64,000 nt of DNA from Vicugna vicugna (taxonomy: Eukaryota), in NCBI GenBank assembly GCA_013265495.1, contig MU058636.1, forward strand, positions 8,515,425 through 8,579,424, in the 5' to 3' direction. The notes under the pieces were generated by a model. The model had not been told where the DNA came from. It did not search any database and saw only the letters and a program-made list of their open reading frames with translations. Positions 56,001 through 64,000 of the stretch are shown in pieces. Positions within the stretch are counted from its first letter, which is position 1. Each line of letters opens with the position of its first letter. The position numbers and the translations under genes are program-made.

Positions 56001-59000
56001 ACCTGTGTTTCTTCACCATTATTTTTAAAATATACTTATTAACCTTTTGAAAAATCTGTATTTATTTCAAATATTTCCATGTTTTAGGTTTTATGTAAAT
56101 TTTTATTATAAAGACTGTTAATGTTATTTTCATCTTACTAATCAGATGTATCAGTCTTTTTTCCCCCTAACATTGCTCAGTGTAACCTGTCACTCATTCA
56201 TTAAAATAGGTCTCCAAACTTTGAGGATGAATGAATGTCATGTGTATAGGGTTTCATATAAGCTAAATATCTACTTTACTTTTGTGCTCAGAAAGTCTTA
56301 TCCACATGAAAACCTCTAATGTTTGCTAAAGAGACTTAGCATTCTTCACATCATATTTAAATTAATTACGACATTATTTAATCCTCATGATATTCAGTTG
56401 GTATTTGGTATTTATCCCTTGATAGATTTTAAGTGTTCTCAATATTATTGCAATGGTTGTGCAATATTTTAACTTGTACAGTGTTAAAATACACTGTAAT
56501 TTACTTAATCATCTCCATTTTGAATGCATGAAAGAGTGATTAATTATGACTGCCTTTTTCTTTGGTTTTGCTTTTGCTAAACTTTACTAAGCTGGTTTTT
56601 CAAAAGGATTTAGTTCCAACAAAAATAAAGGGTGCTAGTTTCACCACCTAGATGGAGCATAAAATACAGAAAATTGCATAATTGCCTTCTCGTTCTTTGT
56701 CGTCAGTCTGCATTACATAGAATTATTTTTATCAGTTTTTGTTTTATGTTGTATAAGTTCTTTTCTCTTTTTTTGATTGTATCATTTTATTTTAAATACT
56801 TTTTAAACACATTTTAAACTGTCTGTATTAAATACAAAGGAATACATACTATCAAATCATTATAAAGATAATTTTGAAATAAAACACATCTTTCAGAGGT
56901 TAAAAATCACACCGTGGTTAACTTTCATTTTCTTCTGTTTTATAGTTTTCTCCAAAGGTTTGTTTAAAGTCTGCTGCACATGATTAATGTAGATTTACAT
57001 GAATAAATAAAAGTTGACATAATTATGTCAAGTCCTGTCATTTGAGGTTCCAATGAAGTGTCCATGGAGTAAAATGTATCTTCGTTTGTGTTAAATTTAA
57101 ACAAACACTATCAAGCTTGCCCATACTTTTCAAGCAGCCTGAGACTCTTAGGAGGGTAGGAAACACAGCGCCAGACTGTGTCCTCCTAGTTGGATGGAGC
57201 ATGTTTGGCAGGAATGTAGGGACAAATGACATGAATCCTCACATCTTAATCCACTTTGATTGAAGAGCACTCAAAATATGGGGAATGTGGAGGCATGGGA
57301 ACAAGGTGTCATCAATCCAGCATGGCAAAATACCATTGCATACTGTGCTTAATACCTCGATTTCTTTAAACAATCTATGCTTCAAGTGGAAAATTCACTC
57401 TGCTTTTTCTCTGTCACAGCACCCATTTAACAAAGAAAATGATAAAAAAACATTTCATATGGATCCTTTCTTGGCAGGGAGAGATGCAGCAGAATTACAT
57501 GGATGCGGTGTCCTAATGGGAAAACACACTGGTCCAAAAGTCCAGGGTGGGAACCAAAATAGTTCCCATGAATGAGAAGATAATATGGCAAAGTGAAAAT
57601 ATGGAACCGGTAGTTGGAGCTGAGAAGATGTGAATGGCTGTAGGTTGGTAAGGCTGTCTAGGGTGGGCAGCCCGAATGCCTGGCAATTGTGAGTTGGCCA
57701 CAGCTGAATGTGTGGCTGGATCAGTTACACCTTAAAAGGAGCAGATGAGATAGAACTGAGGAGTTAGGTGATCTTGGCTCATCCACTGACCCTCAGCGTG
57801 GCCTCCAGGACGACGTTCACTGGCTTCACGCTTAGTCATAACAGCATTGCCTGTTTACTCGGAGGATCGAGTCACCTTAGTATGAAGAAAGAGCTCTGAG
57901 CTCCAACACTGAGTTGCAGTGATGCACAAATGAAAGGAGGAGAAAGTACCCTTTACGTTTGTGATCTTAGATGTGAAAACAGATAATTATTACAATTGTG
58001 GGTTTTATTTTTCCGTTAATAATGAGAAGTTAAATTTAAGAATACTAAAGAAAAATTTTTATTTCCTTTATGAGCAATAAAAGAATGGGCCTGTTGAGTG
58101 AGTATAAATTTCCTAAATTTTACGTCCCTTTCATGGATAACTCTAATAGTATAATTAAAGATTTCCAAAGAAAGAATTCTAACTTTATATTCATGTTTAA
58201 CCTGCCCATACATTTAATAACTGCTTTCTCATTGTTGCCTTTGTCTGTTGTGATATGCAGAAGCATTATAATCTGTGAGAAAAGCGCTGACTCTTTCCAA
58301 TTATAAAAGCTGTATATCTTTATTGCATAAAGATTTTTAAAATGTCAGAAGTACAAGGGAGACACAAAATTCACCCTAACTCCCACTACTCAGAGATACA
58401 CGTTGTCTCTCTCTCTATCCAGACACACATTCTCTCTCTTTCTCTCTCTCTCAATATGTATAAAATTTCAGGTGTGTTTTATTTTTTAACAGTTGCCGGC
58501 TGTTATGGAAATAGTGCAGTCAAGGAAGGCTGCATTGCATGTTCCATATGGAACTTTAACTTTTTAAGATGAGATGAGGCTTCTCAGGATGCAGTACTTC
58601 ACTTACAATCCTACACAGCATCGTGGGGAGAGAGAGGCCAAATTAAAAACAACAACAACAAATCCCATAAAACGTTATAACAAAGATATTAATTCTGAAT
58701 ATGGTCTAAGTGAGAATTGCTACCTTAACTAAATAAAGCCTCTAAGCTCTTGATGTTCGATTTTATCTTGCCAGATTGTTCTTTGCCCGATTTATTTTCA
58801 GTAGTGATGACGGGGTTTTTAATCAGCCATGTTCATCCATCCACCATCTACTGGGCAGACTGTTACTTAATACCCAGCACGTGCACAGTATTATGTAGCC
58901 AGGAGAAGAAAATGCGACTACAATTTGATTTGGTTTGAAGAGTAAAAGATGCCCAAGGAACACACTGACATTCACAAGTTTGAAAAGAAGGTGACTCACA

Positions 59001-61390
59001 AAGACCATCACAGGATAACAGGCTCAAAAGCAATTTTGTTTTAAAAGACCCAACTATAACAACCAAGGCTAATAGAGTTTTTATATTTATATATTTAGTA
59101 TTCACTTGAGGGAAAAGGAAAAGGAAAAGGAAAAAAAAGGCTTCGTTAAGAAGAATCAGCAAATTTATGCAAATGAGGAAAATCTGTTGAGCTATCACTG
59201 TCACACGATGTATTGTGTTGCTAAGTATCCAGGAAGGTCAAGGCCACAAAAACATAGCCCTTTCAGGATTAAAAACATAGCTATGAAACCAAGGAGTGCT
59301 ACGGAAATAACTTGCTTTTCAAAACTCTTCCTCTGAGGCTGCATAAAAATAACTGAACTAACGCTTGGAAAAATTCTAGGAAGTGACAGTGTGAAGCTAA
59401 TGAGAGAAGACAGGAGCTAAGTCGTGGCAGCCCTGCAGCCCGGCTTTCTGGGCACGAGAAAAGTGATGGGCACTTGGTCCTCCTGATGGAATGATGGCTT
59501 CATTCTGCCCACGAGTAAAGAAAGTATCACCCAGATTTTTGACTGGATGCTGAAAAACGCACATGGGAAGGGAAAAGATCATGCTGTTCTATTCTTTCCT
59601 CCACTGAGTTTCTTTAGCTGTGAACTTGAATCTTTAGATACAAGAATGAAAGACCAGCAATTTACGAGTTCTGTAGCCACCAGCCAAGAGACTTCTTAAC
59701 CTCTGTTTTAAAGCATCCGAAATGTGTCTAGCAGGATAGGTGCAGGGGCAACATGTTACTAGAAGAAGAAAACTTGGGGGATAAATTCCACATCTCTCAT
59801 GCCTCAGATGAAATATACAGAAGAGGCTGAGTCTCAGGGAAAATCAAAACAGACGCTGAGCGCAGCACTAGTTACAGAATGAAAAAAATCACTTCCTCTG
59901 CTCCTTGCTTTTTGGATCAGATTTGTAAAGAATGGAATGTATTAGCATTATCGTAATCCCCAGATATCATTTTAATCATTTGCTATAGAATTAAGTAAAG
60001 AAGAAATCCAAAGAAGTGTATCATGGTGGTCCATGAATTTGTGTTTGCTTTTTGGGGGGGTAACATTTAATCTGAATTACATCACCCATAGAAGAGGCAT
60101 CTGTACCAGGTAAAAATGGACAAATTTCACGGAAACTGGTGATGTTTGTGGCGCCTTACAAAACCTCTGCTAATATTGTGGCATGTAGAACTGTAATCTA
60201 TTGAAAAGTAAAGAAAAATACTAAAAAGTATATGCCTATTATTTTTGAGTTCACGCCAGATGGTTAAAGCTAATACACGTGTTTCCAGAGGCCGCCAGTA
60301 TTCACCAGGTGGCAGTCTTTTCCTTGAATGTGGTCAAAACAAACTTGATCTACTTTACCTCATCTTTATTAAAAGAAACAGTGTGACTTATGTGAGGAGA
60401 TGTTCTACATTTATTCTCATAATGTTGAATTTAAATGACCTGTCTCTTCTGAAAACATACTCCCTCAAATATCCCTAAGGGAACCTGTTTTTTCTTCCAT
60501 GAGATCATCTCCGATCATTTTCTTTAATCATGATTGTTCCTTTTCTCTCTCTGTATTCAGAGTGAAACGACATTGTATTTGATGATTAACAACATGTTTA
60601 GATTGTATTATATATGTAGACTTGACTGTGGTCTTAGAAGGCTCATCCATTTCCTCTCTCCTGGCTTCCTGACATCTCTGGGGAAACGGTCAGTTTTCCT
60701 GGGTCCATCTGACCCCTCATCGATTCACAACCCTCCTAACCATTGTGCGGGTGTTTAGGATGCCTGGCCTCAGAGATTTCATCACGAGGATTCAACAAGT
60801 TTGCCCCCAGGGGTCTGCATCAGCCTATCTGGAACCGAATCATGACAACATAGAATCATGATTCCAATGTGAATCTCTAGACAGATCAAATTAGCATAGT
60901 TGGTTCTGAAATAAGTGAATGATGATGATGACGATAACAACACTACATCAAAGGTAAATACACGAGGCACTCACTGTACACGAAGTATTTCGAATTTCCA
61001 GTTCTCACAGTAATTGTGAGAGGCAGCCATTCCCGCTTTTTTGTTTCAAGTTAACAATCACCATTGGGTCATGCCAGTAGTAAGGGATGGGGCTACGACT
61101 TGAACTCCTGTCTGTCTGATTCCAAATCTGATCCTTTTCCAACAGGAAACGGTTTCTGTTACGCAAAACTAAGCCTTAACACATTTATTTCTATTTCTAT
61201 TTTCCCCTTGTTCTACGCCATGCTTAAGGCTGGAATGAAAGTAATGTTTATGATAAATACTTCTATTTGATTCTCGACCCCCAAAAAGTGAACTTTAATC
61301 CTGGCTCAAGAATGAATAATCTCAGTAATCTTTGGCAAGTTTCCTAAATTTCTCTAAATTTCACTTTCTTCAGACTTGTAATGGTTCCAG

Positions 61391-61392
<2 letters not shown>

Positions 61393-61428
<36 letters not shown>
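61393..61428. repeat. (GT)n microsatellite
   Basis: Direct GT run. Confidence 0.95.
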
Positions 61429-61429
<1 letters not shown>

Positions 61430-62437
61430 GTGGCAAAGGTGGGGGGATGTGGGATCAGTATGTATGATATCAAAATGCTCTCGGATTTCACAAAGTTAAA
61501 CCTGAGTCTTTGCTTTTTTTGGTTGAGAGAACCAGGCAGCCTAGGCCAGGGTTAAGTAGCACATGGTACAGTAAAGTAAAAGTCGTCTAAAGCAGGAGTT
61601 AGAACACATGGTTTAATCTACCTGCAAGTAAGGCATTAGATCGAGGCTGAAAAGCACTTCAAGTATACTTTTCAGAGTATAGTGAAGTGCAGGTTGAAAA
61701 GCCCTCGACATGCACTTTCCTAAATATACTTGAAGTACACTTTCCTCAGGCTGGTAGTTGAAGGTCAAAAGACTCAAAAGCTCCTCAGATAATAAAAAAA
61801 AAGATTAATGGGCTCTAATATTCTAGGGTAAAGTATACAAGAGAAAAATGAACTAGCAACATTTAATATACACTTAATTGATCAATAAAATTTTTTAAAA
61901 TCTTGAGCATTTCATTGATAAAGCTCATAGTTACATGTGTGCAAAGCAAAAACATTTCAAACTGATTCCATTTGGGATGGAGAGAATGGTATCATACCAT
62001 TGTGCACAAAAGAAGCCTTCTAATATATCAACATATTACACTTTCCCAAATCCACCGAATATTTTTTAGACACGTTTATCCTTTCACAGAAACATTACAA
62101 TAATTGTCTCTTTCTTTTTTTCTTTAATAATCTTAAATTTCTTCAATTTTGGGGTCTTGCATAATCTAATGTGGATAATTCTGAGATGTTAAACACTGTG
62201 CCCCTCCTCCCACAACAGTAGAGATGTAAATACAATTGGAAATTCAATCTTGTATAGAGAACAAAATGAATGACGACACCTATTCTATATTATTACTTTT
62301 ATTTATCTTGAAGCTGCAATTGATTACTAGATTTAGTTCCCTCAGGTCAAGGACTATTTTGTGATCACATTTTAACAATTTTCGGTCACAGTAGGAGGCC
62401 AAGAAAACTTTAAAGATAGTAGATAAAGGGGAGAAAT

Positions 62438-63091
62438 TGAGACAGGAACGGGGCAGGGCACAGCCATTCAAAGAATGCTACAGCCATTAACATCAAAATG
62501 GTGGAAGATTCAACCTCCAGTAGGCCTTGAGGCTCAAGGCAGTGGGAGATTTGACTTCTAGCAGATCTTGAGCTTCATTATGCACCCATTGTAACAGGTT
62601 AGCATGGTGAATAACATGCCCACAGGCACCAGGGCAGCCCCAAGGCTAGCCTCAAAAGGTCAAAGAGTGGGAAACGGCCAACTTCCTGGGAATCCCAGAC
62701 TAGTTAGACTGGTTCTTCCACTTATTTGCATATGAAGCTACCAAAGCCCATAAAAATGGGCAACACTGCCCCTCACGGCCTCTCTCTCCCCATCCCCAAC
62801 TCCGCACCCCACCCCCACCCCAGCCGTTGGGAGACGGCCCGCACTCTGTCTATGGAGTGTGCACCTACATTGACTCTAATCTGAGCACCCAGTTCCCACC
62901 CCTCGTGGCCTTTCTCTTGCCTTTCAATGGATCTCTCTGAATAAACCTACCTTTACTCAACTGTGGCTCGCTCTTGAATTCTTTCCTGCGCAAAGCCAAG
63001 GACCCACGCTTGGCGGGGCACATCCCAGGGGCTCAACTGAAGCCTGGGACATGGCCCTCCTCACACCCCACATCCATTTTTCCCTGCATCA
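62438..63091 (+). mobile_element. Solo ERV1-class LTR (MER41-like), 654 bp, antisense to TRPC4
   Basis: TG...CA termini (tgagaca...tgcatca) and a 4-bp TSD AAAT at 62434-62437 and 63092-63095. AATAAA at 62940-62945. MER41-type motifs cactctgtctatggagt and ctcgctcttgaattctttcctgcgc.aagccaag. Confidence 0.85.
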
Positions 63092-63505
63092 AAATGAAGA
63101 AATACAGGATTCCTTTACTGAATCTTTGCTCACCCAAACCATTCTCCCAGCCTCCCTGTCTGTCTCTTCATCGTGAGTTTCCCTTGCTGCTTTGCTCCAG
63201 CGGAGCTGAAGCAGGTGCGGAAGTCATGGTTCTGTACCGAGAATAGTATAGTGAGTCTACACTGCTGGGTCTGTCAGTGTAGATAATGACATACATACCC
63301 AGTTTCTCCACGATAAACGTTTCTGTACATAAATATACATAGATGTATAGACACATACAGATTGAGACACATATTTCTCTCTGATTTAAAAATAATATAT
63401 GTTCATTGCAGAGATTTTAGAAAAGACAGAAAAGCACAAAAAGGAACAGCATACCCTTTATCCCAATATCCAGAGATAACTCATGTTAATGTTCTGCTAT
63501 GTATT

Positions 63506-63610
63506 TGTGGCTGGCCTGCAAGATGGCATCCAGTCGCCCTCACCCCCTGGTACTCATGCCCTTGTGTAAATAGCCTCCTTTCATACTGACTCAGGCTGAT
63601 CTGTGTGAGC
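63506..63610 (+). mobile_element. MaLR LTR 5' fragment
   Basis: Contains tgtggctggcctgcaagatggc...cctggtactcatgcccttgtgt. Confidence 0.55.
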
Positions 63611-63861
63611 ATTAAAATCATTTGAAAGGAAAAGAAAAGGAATAATTCTATATTGCTCATGCTTAGCACAAATAATAAACACTGTATGGGTGATAGTTTC
63701 AGACAGACTTTAGAATCTCTTCCAAGCCTAAGATACTGTCGATGATTTTAAGAAAAGCAGTCCCATTTTCCATTATTCTTATTGTGAAACAGTGTGAGTG
63801 CCTGCATAAATGTGTGCACATGTGTGTACATATATATGCGTGTGTATCTGTGTATGTATAT

Positions 63862-64000
63862 GTGGGTGCCCCCGGTATCTGTGGGCAATTGGTTCCAGGA
63901 CCCTAGATCTGGATCCCCAAATCTGAGAATGCTCAAGTCTTTTATATATAATGGTGTAGTGTTTGCATATAACCTACACACATCCCCCCATATACTTTAA
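63862..64000. mobile_element. MER2-like Tigger MITE, cut by window edge
   Basis: Contains cccccggtatctgtgggcaattggttccaggaccc...aatgctcaagtc...aatggtgtagtgtttgcatataacctacacacatcc. Confidence 0.8.

Noticed and set aside
57014..57031. Perfect 18-bp palindrome ttgacataattatgtcaa
   Set aside because: A 9-bp-arm palindrome is expected about 0.24 times per 64 kb at uniform composition, and more often in AT-rich DNA.

Overview
This is AT-rich mammalian genomic DNA, most likely camelid, inferred from tRNA-Ala-derived Vic-1-like SINEs. The only supportable coding sequence is one 519-bp minus-strand exon at 40390-40908. It encodes the end of the ankyrin region, the Zn-binding motif and the linker of TRPC4 (the exon corresponding to human exon 3) and has canonical AG/GT splice sites. 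No other TRPC4 exon was recognised, so the rest of the window is read as the two long flanking introns. These carry L1, L2, MIR, MaLR and DNA-transposon remnants, a solo ERV1 (MER41-like) LTR, SINEs and microsatellites. I see no evidence of a novel multi-gene system. The most unusual signals are small mutational structures: a 48-bp locally templated insertion flanked by 10-bp direct repeats, an exact TSD-SINE-TSD-SINE-TSD duplication, a twin-primed (5'-inverted) L1, an L1 with a candidate 3' transduction, and a nested palindrome. Repeat subfamily names were assigned by eye from memory, and repeat boundaries are approximate unless TSDs are given.
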